A stretch of 64,000 bases of DNA from Hypanus sabinus (lineage: Eukaryota). Where the stretch lies: NCBI RefSeq assembly GCF_030144855.1, contig NC_082722.1:20646001-20710000 (forward strand), in the 5' to 3' direction. Position numbers and translations under genes: made by a program. Shown here in pieces: positions 11,350 through 24,280 of this stretch. Positions within the stretch are counted from its first letter, which is position 1. Each line of letters begins with the position of its first letter. The notes beneath the pieces are model-generated. The model did no database searches. It worked only from the letters and a program-made list of their open reading frames with translations, and was not told the DNA's origin.

Positions 11350-12470
11350 ACTTATGCGATATCTGAAAAGCAGACTGTAAACAAATGCAAATGCAGATAT
11401 AAGTAAATAGTAATAAATAAAAAAAAATGAAGTGACAATGTAGCAAAGCCCTTAAATGAGTGTAGCCCTTTGTTGAAGAGCCTGATGGTTGAAGGATAGT
11501 TACTGTTCTTGAACAAGCTGTATGAGTCCTGAGGCACTTGTATCTTCATCCTGATGGCAGCAGTGAGAGGAGAGCATGGGCTGGCTGGTGCGGATCTTTG
11601 CTGATGGATGCTGCTTTTCTGTGGCAACGTTTCATGCAGATGTGCTCAATGGTATGGATGGTTTTACTTGGATGTACTGGACCGCATACACTACTTCTGT
11701 GGGACTTTCTCTTGAACCGTATTGGTGTTCCCTTACGGGGCTGGAATACAGATAGACAGCACACTTTTCACCACATATCTAAAAAGGCTTGCCAAGGTTT
11801 TCGATAACATGCCGAACCTCCTTAGGCGCTNNNNNNNNNNNNNNNNNNNNNNNNNNNNNNNNNNNNNNNNNNNNNNNNNNNNNNNNNNNNNNNNNNNNNN
11901 NNNNNNNNNNNNNNNNNNNNNNNNNNNNNNNNNNNNNNNNNNNNNNNNNNNNNNNNNNNNNNTCTGAGATAGTGACAATGGGGTGTTAAAGTAACTCAAC
12001 CATTCCAACTCTGATACTTCATTGATTACCTGTTCTGGACCTTCAGTTTCCTTCTCCTGAAGTTTACAGTCTGTTTCTTGGTCTTATTGACATTGAGTGA
12101 TAAGCTGTTTTTATTAAATCATTCATCCAAGTTTTCAATAACCCTACCGTATGCTGATTCATCATCTCTTTTAATGCCGCCTACAACAGTGGTGTCGTCA
12201 GCAAACTTGTATCTGGTGTTGGAGCTGTACTTATTACACGGATATGGGTGTAAATCTAGTGGAGCAGGGTGCTAAGTAAGAGTCTCTGCGTTGCCACTGT
12301 GTTAATGGAGATTGTGGAGGAGATGGTTTTGCAATACGAACTAACGTTGTTGCTGGCGTCTACAAGCAGGAAATCCTCAATCCAATTGCACAAGGGCGTC
12401 TTGAGGGCCAGTTTTCAGAGTTTACTGTTTGGTATTGCAGGGATGATGGGGCTAAATGTCGTGCTCTAAT
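11350..12470 (-). mobile_element. Rex1/Babar-like LINE 3' portion, containing an N gap
   Basis: Reverse complement gives ...LLSLLPSG.RYKCLR, typical of the Rex 3' end, with RT-like sequence beyond it. Confidence 0.6.
11831..11962. other. Assembly gap / masked run (132 N)
   Basis: N run. Confidence 0.99.
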
Positions 12471-12589
12471 TGAAATCCTCAGAAAATAAATGCAAAGAAG
12501 GGAGGTAAGACTGCAGATAAATAGACCCGAAGCTTTACGTCTGCTGGACCCAGCACAGTATTAGTGTGCTAATTCACAGTATTGCTTTC

Positions 12590-12960
12590 TTCTTGCTGCT
12601 GCCATCAGGAAGGAAATACAGCAGCCTTAGGTCCCAGACCTCCAGGTTTAGGAACAATGATTCAACCATCAGGCTTCTGAACCATTGTGGAAAATTTCAC
12701 TCTTCTCAATTGAACTGAATCAACAAACGGTGGACTTGCTTTCAATTACCTTACAACTCATGTACTTAGCATATTTCCTTACCTAATTATTTATGATTAT
12801 TACAATATTTTGTATTTGCACATTTTATCTTTCTTTGCACATTGGTTTTTCGTCAGTCTTTGTATCCAATTTTCATTGATTCGATTGCATTTCTTTTCTG
12901 CGCTGCGAATGCCCGCAAGAAAATGAGTATCGGCTAATAAATGGTGACATATTCATACTT
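12590..12960 (+). mobile_element. Rex1/Babar 3' end fragment
   Basis: ctgctgccatcaggaaggaaatacagcagcctt...ttcaaccatcaggcttctgaacc mirrors 11470-11580. Confidence 0.6.
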
Positions 12961-13789
12961 TGATATTAAGGCAAATTTGACCACTAATCTTTAATTTAAG
13001 GAATGGTGCAAATACATTCGAAACGGTTCTGGATGCTGGTATATAAAAATGATCAGTAGATGAGCGAGTAGTCAATTAAGGCATGTTGGCCCGGCTACAT
13101 TTGATCCACTGAATTTAGAAATAGAACAGTGGTATCAATTGATATGTGTTTGATCCTCAGGGCACTAAAAAGGTTAGCTACGAAAGGCTTATATGCCCAC
13201 GTGAGGGAAAAGAAATTACTCTCAGTGTTTCGTGTGTTTGGATCACTCTTTCTGAAACAAAACATTGAAAGCCATATTTTTGTGCTAATTTAAGTTCGAT
13301 AATAAAAACTGTTGAAGAAACAAGAAGTCGAAAGTTACGGTGAGTGGGCAGGGTGGAGATTTGATGTTACCGTCAGATCAATCATTGATTTATTGAATGG
13401 CAAAACATGTTCGACTTGTCAAGTGCAGTACCTTTGCACCAACTCGAATGTACGTATGTGTTTTCCTAGTAACCTGTACAGTAAAAGTTCCAGATATGTC
13501 TTTGAAATCTCCGTCTTATTGGAAAGTAAATTTCCTTCTCATTTGGACCACCTCCAGCATCTCACTGCAGGAGGCACATTAAGCAGCCCCAAATTTTGCT
13601 CAATGCCAAAACTGCCTGTTATTCTGTTGCCGGCATTGTTCGAATAGTTGGATATATACTCATTGGCTATTTTATAAGGTTCACCTGTATAACTGCTCGT
13701 TAACGCAAATATCTAGTCAGGCATATATGTGGCAGCAAAGCAGTGCATGAAAGCATGCAGTCATGGCCAAAATGTACAGTTTACTATAC

Positions 13790-14110
13790 GGACCAAACAT
13801 CAGAATGTGGAAGAAATGCGATCTTAATGATTTTGACAGTGGAATTTATGTGGTGCCAGATGAGGTAATTTGATATCTCAGAACCTATTGATCGGCTAAA
13901 ATCTTCATGTACACCAGTCTCTAAAGATGGAAGAGAATGGTGCGAACCAGCACGAAGAAACATCAGTTGAGTGAGAGCCGGTGAGGGAAAAATCACAGTT
14001 ACTGAGAGAGGTCAGGGGCGACTGGCTCGACTGGTTCAATCTGTTAGGAAGGCGACAGTAAACAGGTGCTACAACAATGTGTGCAAAAGAGTAACTCTGA
14101 AAAATCACGA
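13790..14110 (+). mobile_element. Tc1/mariner transposase N-terminal relic
   Basis: Degenerate KKCDLNDFDSG..V.ARR...ISE...LL..S...VS...EWC paired-like HTH region. Confidence 0.7.
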
Positions 14111-15006
14111 ACATACAAAAATATACTCAGTGCCACTTCATTGTACACTTCATGCACTTAATAAATTTGACAATGCGATTATCGTATCTCTGGATGTGAA
14201 TTCATTTTCACTACTGATAGCAGTTCATCTCAAGGATAGGCAGACTTCACCAGGCGACACATTTCCTACGCATGCTACTGAGTTACTCATTGGTCAGCTG
14301 GTACGTAAAAGGAATTTATTTTTAATAATCATGGGTATGAACAACTTACCTTCACTTACCAGTCGTAGATTAGGAATCGTGGTCCTTGATTTTATTTACA
14401 GAACAAGTACACAATCTATTTCTAATAATGGAACCATGGATGTCAATTGAATTTTCCCGCTTCTTTAGAACATGTGTCGATTTTTCAGGGACAGTACATC
14501 TTTCTCACATTTTGGTTGTCTCAATTTTGTTCTTTAGTTTGTGCTACCGTAGTGAAGTTCGTAGCAAAACTGCACAAACAATTACTCCATTGCTTGCATT
14601 TTCGGAAACAGTGCTATTTCTATCCTCCCACCCCGCCCCCACCACCCCGCTTTTCAGGGGACTCTGACCAGGAGTTACACGCAGATTTCGGTTCTCTGCA
14701 GAAATTGGACTCGCTCTCAGGACCTCACGGGCGTCCGCTTAAGGATATGCCAAGGACGCAGCCTGACAGAGCTGCGTGCTGTTAGAGTACCGGATTTCCG
14801 TGGATTTGGAGTCGAGCTAATTCGAGGTCGGTACAACCGCCTGATGGGAGTACATGGAAGATTGAAAGCAGCGAGCTGGCTGCTGGCTGTGAGCCCAGAG
14901 ACCCGAGATCATTGGGACAGAGCTTGGGAAAAGCGAGGCAACAGACTTCTAAAACAATGAATCATCGAGTTGTTTTGTTATGTCTCCCCTCTCCCTGTGA
15001 AACGTG

Positions 15007-15174
15007 NNNNNNNNNNNNNNNNNNNNNNNNNNNNNNNNNNNNNNNNNNNNNNNNNNNNNNNNNNNNNNNNNNNNNNNNNNNNNNNNNNNNNNNNNNNNNN
15101 NNNNNNNNNNNNNNNNNNNNNNNNNNNNNNNNNNNNNNNNNNNNNNNNNNNNNNNNNNNNNNNNNNNNNNNNNN
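15007..15174. other. Assembly gap / masked run (168 N) inside a repeat
   Basis: N run. Confidence 0.99.
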
Positions 15175-15762
15175 TCTTGATGCTTTGCTGCACGGCTGAT
15201 GCTCGGTTGTGGATGCAGATGATTTTTTGCTGTTGTATGGAGGGTGGTCGTTGCTTTGCTACTGCTATGCGTGGGAGGGGTTAGCTGGGGAGCTTTGGGT
15301 TTCTAAAATATAAATGTCATTCATTCTTTGGGGCACTCCTCTGTTTTCATGAATGTTAGTGAAGAAAAATAATTTCAGGAAGTATATTGTATACATTTCT
15401 CTGATATTAAACGTACCGTTTAAAACCTATCGAAATAAATTGAACGATTAGATACATTTGATAATGTATGGCTCCTTAATTAAGTGAAAAGGAGATACTT
15501 CCAAATTTGAATTATTTGCTGTTTTTGTCATCATGATGAGGTAAGTTAACTAAAGAGGCCGTCGCAATATTTAGACAACATGACAACAGCAATAACGTTC
15601 AGATTTGAAACAATGTAAATGAAAGAAACAGAGTTTTGATTTTCTTCATGAGTAAGCTGGCAGTTTTGTTCGCATTTTCAACACTAAAAACAGTTGTTGG
15701 TCAGAGGCATTTCCGCCTTACGGTCGGCTCAAGGAAGGTGTAAAGGTCACTGCAAAACTCAC

Positions 15763-16060
15763 CATTGTTTCTCCTAAACCCAACCTAGTTTCAATCAAAC
15801 TAACAACATGTTGAATCTATATTTAGTCATATCTCTCGTTGCGGAAATTTGCTTTGATTGTCAGCTTCTCGTCTTTTTTATAGCCTGTACATCTGCGTAC
15901 GTTGCACATAGCTGCTTTTGAATAAATACAGATGGACTGTTGATACTGAGAAGATGGAGAACGCCCGAGGCCAACTTGTTAATCTGGTGACTAGTGATCT
16001 GTGAATGTAAATGCTAGTGACCATTTGTAAATTATTCTGTGGCTGCAAAGGCGCTCGAGT
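15763..16060 (-). pseudogene. Decayed TM/cytoplasmic exon (relic 2)
   Basis: Acceptor tttctttcag| and donor AATG|GTGAGT. GGCGTTCTCCATCTTCTCAGTAT resembles GGACGTTATCGTTCCTCAGCAT at 61.8 kb. Reads GVLHLLSI...VFIQKQL and contains stops. Confidence 0.4.
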
Positions 16061-16749
16061 CTGAAAGAAAGTGGTCACATGTATCTGTATCTCATTGATT
16101 ATCAGCGGCAGGCTGTAACAGTAATGTTCGTTTTTTTTAAATAAACTTCATTTTTCTGATTTTCTATTCTGACTGCAATCTCGTACGGCGGTCGATCCCT
16201 TGCGCACAGAGCAACGTTCGTGCTCATTTTAACATCCAACCTTTCATGTGAACGTTAATGCAATCTGTTTTAAGTAGCAGCTGAATGCTAAGATCAAAGC
16301 AGCCTTTCTGCTCCCGACGCATTGAGATACTAGTGTTGAAAATGATCATTTTAAGGATCGCCGACGGTCAAATTGACCTGCTGTTTCTGGTGGTTGTAGA
16401 TTAGGGCTGTGTGAATAATTGACAAAAATTGTGGAAATAAATTTCGATTAAAAAGCTGCCACCCCATGCATAGAAGACTGAAAGGTGGACCTTTTTACCT
16501 GGGTCTCAGTATCTTCCTGCTTTGCATTAACTTCGGTCTTTATGGAAATAACCACAAGGCGAAGTACTGTTGCAACTTTGGAGGCATTATCTATCTAGAG
16601 AATTATTTGTAACGCTGTTTATGGAATGAGTAAATTTAGATGTTCCCATTTTCTTTCGTTTTGAATTTAGATCTTTGTTTCGGTGAACTCATCAACCATC
16701 GTCAAACAGAGACCATGAAAGTAAGGCAAAGATAATGTTGACTGTACAG

Positions 16750-17000
16750 AAGGGTAAAATGGGTAAACAGCTGAAACCTGTTTTTTTTTTCAGACCTGTT
16801 GATTCACAAGCTTTGTAATTAGTGAAATGTCGTAAAATACCACAGAATTTACATTTAAAATGTTTGTTTTCACAATGTGAAATGTTTGAATCAATATAAC
16901 TAACAATATACGAATATCTGAAAAAAAATCCTCCATTAATATGCACGCTCCACATTTTTGCACAGTCACTTCAAACTGTGGACTCATTTGTATTCCCGTC
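16750..17000 (-). pseudogene. Third copy of the Cys-containing block (possible C-type Ig exon relic)
   Basis: TTTGAA..TGACTGT and TTGTGAA motifs are shared with 36.6 kb. Lies about 0.7 kb above TM relic 2, the same spacing as at 62 kb. Confidence 0.3.
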
Positions 17001-17699
17001 AAATGTTGAAAGCAGAGTCCAGAGGAAATTTAAACTGTTCATTGCAAGTATTTCGCAAACAAATACCTGATGCAGCCAGAATGGCTTCCTTCTGTTCAGC
17101 TAAGTTCTAAGATTCTATAGAATTAACTTGTTATTTGCTTCGCTTACTGCAGTACTTCTGCTCCGAATTCAACAATTTCAGAAACTAAAGAAACCGTTTC
17201 ATCTCAACAAATTGGTTTGATTCTCACCTTAAAGTTAGACTTGAAGGAAAAGAGGGAGAAATCCACAAGCCTTTGAATGAATATTGTATCATGATGCAAA
17301 TCGATTTTGTTGCCCAAAGTAAGAAGTTACTGTCTGAACGACTGCAGTAGTATCTGTTCTTCTAATACAGTGTTTTTATGTATTACATTCACCTTTATCT
17401 TTTGTGAATTATATTCTATGATCCGGAATATGGAGAGTAGTTACAGATAATATTGTTTTGATATCTTGCCAAGGTTACTAATTTATTCTGGGGGATACGA
17501 CTCACCACATAATCAACACAAGTTGAAAAACACAGAAGAAAAGTAAATATAGAAGGTTTTGGAAATAGCCGATCAGTTTGGCACCTTCGATGGAGAGAAG
17601 AATCTGCTGCGAAGCTTTCACCATGCAATAAACCCGAACAAAACCTTAATCTGGCATTTTCCACAGTTGCTTCCTGAGTTCTAAGTTTGCAAAATCTAA

Positions 17700-19700
17700 G
17701 GCATTTGCGTCCTTCCACACTCAACTCACGGGGACCGGATACTACCCAGCTTGTTTCTTTCTATTTGTCATTTATAAGTACAATGCAACTTCGTGGTCCG
17801 AGAAGAAACTCCAAATGGTTTTCAATTAGCCCATTGGTACAATATGAATGCTTTTTTTTACTGAATCCCATCTCTCGAATCTTCACGGAGGAACTATTTC
17901 AACATTCAACCGTAAAATTCTTCAATTCACATTTTGTTAATCGAGTCTCCTGTGGAATAATTTTGATACATTTTGACAATGGCGTATTAAATAAATGCAC
18001 CATGATAAAATGTCGCTGTCCACAATTTCAATATAGCCTTTGCTTTAACTGAGATTGCGAAGATTTCTTCCGTATTTAAAGTGAAATATTACAGAACTTT
18101 AATCCAGGTTCTAGGTCTCTGCTCTTGTAAGTACACAAATGACAGCACGGTAAAGCACACTTAATTCACCATTCAGCATTCAGAGAACTTAAACGGACAG
18201 AAAATACCTTGCTTATATAAAGAGTATTATAAAGTCCAGCCTTTTTTTTTAGGATTAGTGCTAACATTCAAACAAGGAAATTTTACCTTCTCAGTATCTT
18301 ATCATAACCTTAAATGATATCACCTAAATTCCGAGAGGCTCCTGCTTTCGCTGGAAATAATCGGCAATTTTTCCAGCTGGACGTTTTCAAGATGCATTTG
18401 TTTTGCGGATTAAAAGAGAATTTTTCTCCTGGCATTGACTTTATTTTGTCTATTCAAGTTCTGAAGAACGGTCTCGGTATGAAACGTCGATTGTTTATTA
18501 ATTTACATAGATGCTACCTGAAGTGCTAAGTTCCTTCTGCATTTAGCGTACTGTAGATCTGGACTTCCGGCATTTGCAGAATATCTTGTGTTTAAAAACT
18601 TTGGCCTCCTAGGATCACAAAGTGCAATTATTCGACGATCTCAGAAAAGTATTCGAACATTTTACACAGGCATTTAACAGATATTAAAATGGTTGATATG
18701 CATTTGTTGCTTTGAATGACATATCGTGAGTACCGAAACACATACTTTTCAGAAATAGCTTTACAAGTAACTTACTTAAGTTAACTTTCTTACTTTTCAC
18801 TTAAGCATTAAAGGCGGTAATGTGGGTATCTGCAATTTACACGCCTGAGGCGGTGAAGCTTCTGACCACACGGAGTTTCCATGATGTCACCAGCTAACTG
18901 TGAGTGCAGTAACATTGCTGTGAGTGCTTTCATTTAGCAAATACATCTGTCCTGGGTGGATCTTCTCATTGCAAAGGTAGAAAAGTTCACATTTGAGGAT
19001 TAGCAATCGCGTTTCATATGCAAAGTTGGTGCTTCTTTCGACAAATAATTTACATTTCTATTAACTCAGTACAAAGGAAACACAACGGCACATAAACGCA
19101 ACATTGCACTGTAGGTTCTATACATGTGCCATGAACGTTTATTTAGGTATACTTTTAAAACAGTTACCATATCGTGATGGAGCACAGCAAAATATTTAAA
19201 CGCGTTCTGATTCTGAGCACTTCAGATAACATGACTCGTGACTGAGCCGTTAAACACACAAAAAAGTTAGGTTACCAAAAGGAGTACAAAAGAGAAGAAA
19301 AACATTAAATTACAGAGTTAGGGTTCGGCATTGTTCGCCGTGAAAAAGAGACGATCACTGGGGGTTAGATAATGGGGTATACCGCAAATCAGTCGAGGTA
19401 TACTTTTAGCTTTGAGCCTGAGAAAAAAGGGGATAAATTCCGGAGGAACAAAAGCACTGACAGGATGACAAAAATAAAATCCGTTTTTTGCTTCACTAAA
19501 TGTCTGAGTGGGTCGGTGAGCGCGTGGATTTCAAACAAACGGTTCGCATACACAAATCATAAGCAGTCACGCAGAATTCTTGAAATTAGTCTTCCACTTT
19601 GGCACGCACATATAGTCCCCTCAGTAATGTCCTGTCGCCCAGGGTTGCACAAAGAAGCACAAAGGCAGACATTTTCTTCTGCATCTACTCGGACTGCAGT
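17700..19700. repeat. Third partial copy of the array's intergenic unit
   Basis: 18.86 kb matches 4.25 kb and 60.64 kb (tctgacc...ccatgatgtca); 18.32 kb matches 60.2 kb (atcacc.aaattccgag); 19.2 kb matches 60.72 kb (tttaaacgcg...gcactt). Confidence 0.7.
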
Positions 19701-20139
19701 ACTCTGAAACAGTTCAAACCGATTGCTTTGCTAGCATAATAGCCAGGAAATTAGAACAATTGTCGCACATTCTTAGTGACAGTGACCCGAAATTTTATGA
19801 ATTATAAAGGCACTTTACTTGCTCGGATACAGCAGGTCCCCAGATCTAGATTTCTGTAACAGTATCAGTTTTATACAAATGCACCCATTGCTGAATATAC
19901 TCTTAACACTCATCTTGCATTAACTTACGTTCCTCCAAAACTGTGTGGTTTTAGTACGCGGGATACCCTGGTGATCTATCGTCCAGGGCTCAGGACCTAC
20001 CTTTATTCAGGTGCCCCAGAGGATCAAATGTATAATCGCCAAACTCAGGCAAAGTATTATTTTTATTATTATTTCGAGTTGGTAAAGCCAAACAAGCTAA
20101 TTTCTCAACTGATAGCAAAATTCAAACTGCTGTGTAGTA

Positions 20140-20450
20140 ATAGACAATAGACAATAGGTGCAGAGGTAGACCATTCGGCCCCGCGAGTCTGCACCGCCAT
20201 TCTGAGATCATGGCTGATCATTCACTATCAATACCCAGTCCCTGCCTTGTCCCCATATCTCTTGATTCCCCTATCCATCAGATATCTATCTAGCTCCTTC
20301 TTGAAAGCATCCAGAGAATTGGCCTCCACCGTCTTCTGAGGCAGTGCATTCCACACCTCCACAACTCTCTGGGAGAAGAAGTTTTTCCTCAACTCTGTTT
20401 TAAATAACTTATTCTGAATCCATGCCCTCTGGTACTGGACTCTCCCAACA
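20140..20450 (-). mobile_element. CR1 LINE 3' end with tandem aatagac tail
   Basis: aatagacaatagacaataggtgcagaggtagaccattcggccc, similar to 28245-28330. Confidence 0.75.
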
Positions 20451-22544
20451 TCTGTGGATTTCTGGAAATTTCTATAAATACTGTTGTGTAGACCTAATTG
20501 TTTAATGTTTTTCTGTTATGACTTTGGGATGATATCAGTTGTAGATATCACTATTTGGACAAGGTATACCTTGTTCATGTCCCATTGTCTTTCAAAGTTC
20601 TCTTTTAATTTCAGGTGATTTTCACTCATTGATTTCTTATATTGTGAGTCTTTGGACTGGCTACACCTAGTAAGTAGGTTCTATTTTCCTGTTTATCCTG
20701 TAAGATTTATACGTGAATGGTTATTATAAATTGTCCCATCTGCAATAATTGATCAGTTGTATTATAGCTTGTGAGACTCTGACTCTCAAACTGAAACTTA
20801 CACGTGTTTATCTCAAGGTATGATTCCAATCCTGAGTTTGAAATTTAAAGCAAGATTTTGGTAAAGAATGCTTGCCACTTAATTGTGACTGTGTGAGTAA
20901 TCGGATTGACTTCAACTGCTGCAAGGTACTGTAATGAGTTTGATTGTTTCTGCTTTCTCTTGACCTTTCGCCATGCATCGTCTTAAAATTTTCTGTGTTT
21001 TTTTTATTCTGTACTTCTGATCATTCTTTTGTGTTAACTACTTGGTCCTGTATGCCACAGGAACCTCTTTGTTCTTAAAAGAGGTCTCCAACTCTGAGCT
21101 AGGCATTCGACGCTTTCTTGATGACGCCTAATCTGTTCAAATCCTAGGGATGTCTTCAAAGGACGGTCATATTCTTCAATTGGTTGTTTTTCTTGTAGAG
21201 TAATAATTTCTTCATTTTTCTGTTTCGTGCTTTAATTTCATTTTAGTGGTGTGCTTATCAGAATTGAATGTGCTCACCTGGAGTGTTGAATCCTGTTTTC
21301 ATTCATGATAAAAATGTCCTTAGAATTTTTATCTGACTGTTGTACAAAGCTTAGTTATGTATGTTATTCCTCTTCCCCTTCTGTCCTAGGTAGAGTTAAT
21401 CTATGCGCATTCAAATGTACATTGTATTTTCTAAAATTTATAATTTCAATTCTTACTTTTCTTTGTAAATTTTCCAGATGGGCTTCGACTCATGATATTA
21501 CACCAGAAGAACACGTTAATGAGTATTCTTATTACTATTATTCATATTATATAAGTATCGTAGTTGCCAACGCATGCGAGTAGCCAGATAACAGGCACCG
21601 AGTGATCAGGGATGGTTCCTTCGAACATTTCCCGTTGCCATTGCAGTGCGCCGCAGCCTTTCTACTGACTGTTCAATTTCGTTCCCCGTTAGCATCCGAT
21701 CTTTATGGAACATTCATTTAAATTGTTGCTTGATCATTGCAGGAAAGCTTACACGAGCTTACTGTTGTTGGTGTGGCTTTTCAAACCAGGTATCAGGTAA
21801 TTATGTACACCTATATTCCATATGTTAAGTACTCCGTTTCAAATAGTTCATTTGCACGAAGATAGCTTGTCTTCATATTTTCACGTTTTAGGTGCACCTT
21901 TAAAGCAAACCCCCGTTCTTGAAGTGTACTTCCGAATTGATATGAGGAACAGCAATCTTGGTAGCCGCAAATATTAGGCTAAAATTCAAAGCGGTAAGAA
22001 TAGTACTCAACAAAACGTGAATCAATATCTTAAGAAGAATAAATAATATTAAAGGTAACCGAGCAATACATATTAACATTGACAGGGTAGTCGAATTAAC
22101 GTTGACCAGTATTTTTATAGACAGAAACCTAAATCATCTGAAGTTTAAGTTAAGGGACATAATTCTGGAATTATGTTTTCACATGATAGCAACAGTTTAT
22201 AGCAGACTCTTCTAGTAAGATATTATGAATTCAAAAACAATGCGCAGTGGAATAACGTCAGACAGGTTGTTCCGAGATTGGTAATTTTCCTGCTCATACT
22301 TTCCCTTGCATTGCTTGTTACGACGTGCGGATTACACACCAATACTGTTTTCAATGTTTAATTAGTGCCCCCTCCCTATATGTGTAGGATTGATTTATAA
22401 ATATTAGCCAATTCGTTGGTGTAGAGCACGTAACAACCTATTTTCTCAGTAAATATTTTTTGCACCATTTTAAAGGTAGAAGAAGGATATACTGAGTCAG
22501 GCAGCATTGTTTAATTTAGTACTGTATTTAATTTATTTGCTGAA

Positions 22545-22820
22545 AGATTCAGCACAGTAGAGACCCTTCCGGTCCAATGAGCAGCCGAGCCAGCAACCCA
22601 GTCACTTAAATCCAGTCTAATCACAGGAGAAGTTACAATGACGGATTAACCTACTTATTGTTTCGTCTTCAGACTTTCGGAGGAAACCGGGGAGCCCGGA
22701 GGAAGCTCTCGCAGTTCACGGGGAGAAAGTACAAGTTCAACAAAAAATGGCGCCTGAACTGAACCCCAAACTCCGGAACGCCCTGAAATGTGACAGTGTT
22801 GCGCTAACCGTTATGATACC
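22545..22820 (-). mobile_element. SINE-like element
   Basis: Reverse complement contains tgtactttctccccgtgaactgcgagagcttcctccgggctccccggtttcctcc, a common vertebrate SINE core. Confidence 0.6.
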
Positions 22821-23299
22821 GTGGAGCACATAATTTTGAAATCACAGTAATTTGTCTGAAAATAAGCCGCTTTCTTAACATAATTTCCTTTCAGCTACAT
22901 ATGCACGTGATCTGTGACTTAAAACATGATGGCTGGTATTCACCGGATGCTCTCTCTGCTGCTAATTATAGACTTTCAAGAGGATGGTTTACAGAGATTG
23001 ATCATAAATTGCATGCTGTATAACCGAGTCTGCCTCTCAAATGGAACTAAACTGTGATTTATCATCAGACAAATTACAAGTGGCGTGCACGATCTCCTTC
23101 TGCTTGAGAAATGCTGTTAATTCTTGGCGTCAGCAGCTTTGAAACATTTCTTCACATCGATGATAATATTTTATCTTCCCATTTCTTTCTATTTGCTACC
23201 TAGATATCGCCCACTTTATTTAATGATTATGGTGCTTTACCTAAAATTTTAAATTACTAAAGTAGCAGGTTCACTTTGACGCCTTATAAGGTGTTGGTC

Positions 23300-24280
23300 A
23301 GATTACATTGGTAATATTGTGAGTTATTTTGTTCGGTATTGAAGGAAAATGTCCTAGGCCTGGAAAGTGTCCACAGGAGCTTCACAAAAAAGCTCCCAAA
23401 AATAAAGGGATAAACAGTGAAGGGCGTTGGATGTCACTGTGTCTGTAGTGGATGGAGTGCATAAGATCATAAAAAGCATAAGACATAGGAGCTGAATTAG
23501 GTCATTTGTCCCATTGGGACTGCTCTGCCATTTCATCGAGGATCAGCCAATATTCTGAGCTCCAATATTCTACCTCCTCCCCGTATACCTTAATGACCTG
23601 ACCAATTACTAAATCTATCAACCTGTACCTTGAATACACATAAAGTCGTCGCCTTCACTGCTGTCTTTGGTCAATATTTACCCAGATTCAACACTCTCGG
23701 GCAGAAGAAATGTTTCCTAATCTCTATTCTAAAAGGACGCCCCTCTATTTTGAGGCTGTGTCCACTCTCCGCAGACTTTTCCACCATAGGAGAGATCCTG
23801 TCCATATTCACTCTACCAAGACCCTTCACTATTTAAGAGGTTTCAATACAATTACCCCTCATTTCTCTGAATTCTATTTAGCATGAGTGATCTCAATGAA
23901 ACATACCAGATACTGAGAAGCCCTTGGAGAGCAAACGTGGAGAGGTGTTTCCCTTTTGTAGCAGGGCCTAGGATCAAAGGTTACAGATGCACATTAAAGG
24001 GATATTCCTTGGAATTAGCAAACAAAGTTCTTCCGTCCTGGGGTGCTGAATCTGTGAAATTCGCTGCCACAGAAGGCTGCGGGGGGCAAGTTTTTGACGT
24101 ATTTAAGGCAGAGATTGAAATGTTCTTGACTGGTAAGTCATTTAAAGGTTACGAGTAGAAGACGGGAGAATGGGATTGAAAAACAACAACCTGGATTCAA
24201 CGACGCAGCAGAATGGATGAGCTAATTTTCCTAATTCTGCTCCTGTTCTCATAGTCTTATGGTCATCACAGAACTCTTGA
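23300..24280. mobile_element. CR1 LINE fragments in both orientations
   Basis: RT C-terminal fragments (ETYQILR...VERCFP) and 3' UTR motifs. Confidence 0.6.

Noticed and set aside
17228-17600. Minus-strand YYC plus two GTGAG donor-like sites and a hydrophobic run
   Set aside because: No DxG before YYC, upstream stops, and spacing incompatible with a leader-V structure. T-rich DNA gives hydrophobic frames by chance.
22203-22362. Plus-strand hydrophobic reading RLVIFLLILSLALLVTTCG
   Set aside because: No start codon or convincing splice pair, and no paralogous copy elsewhere in the array.
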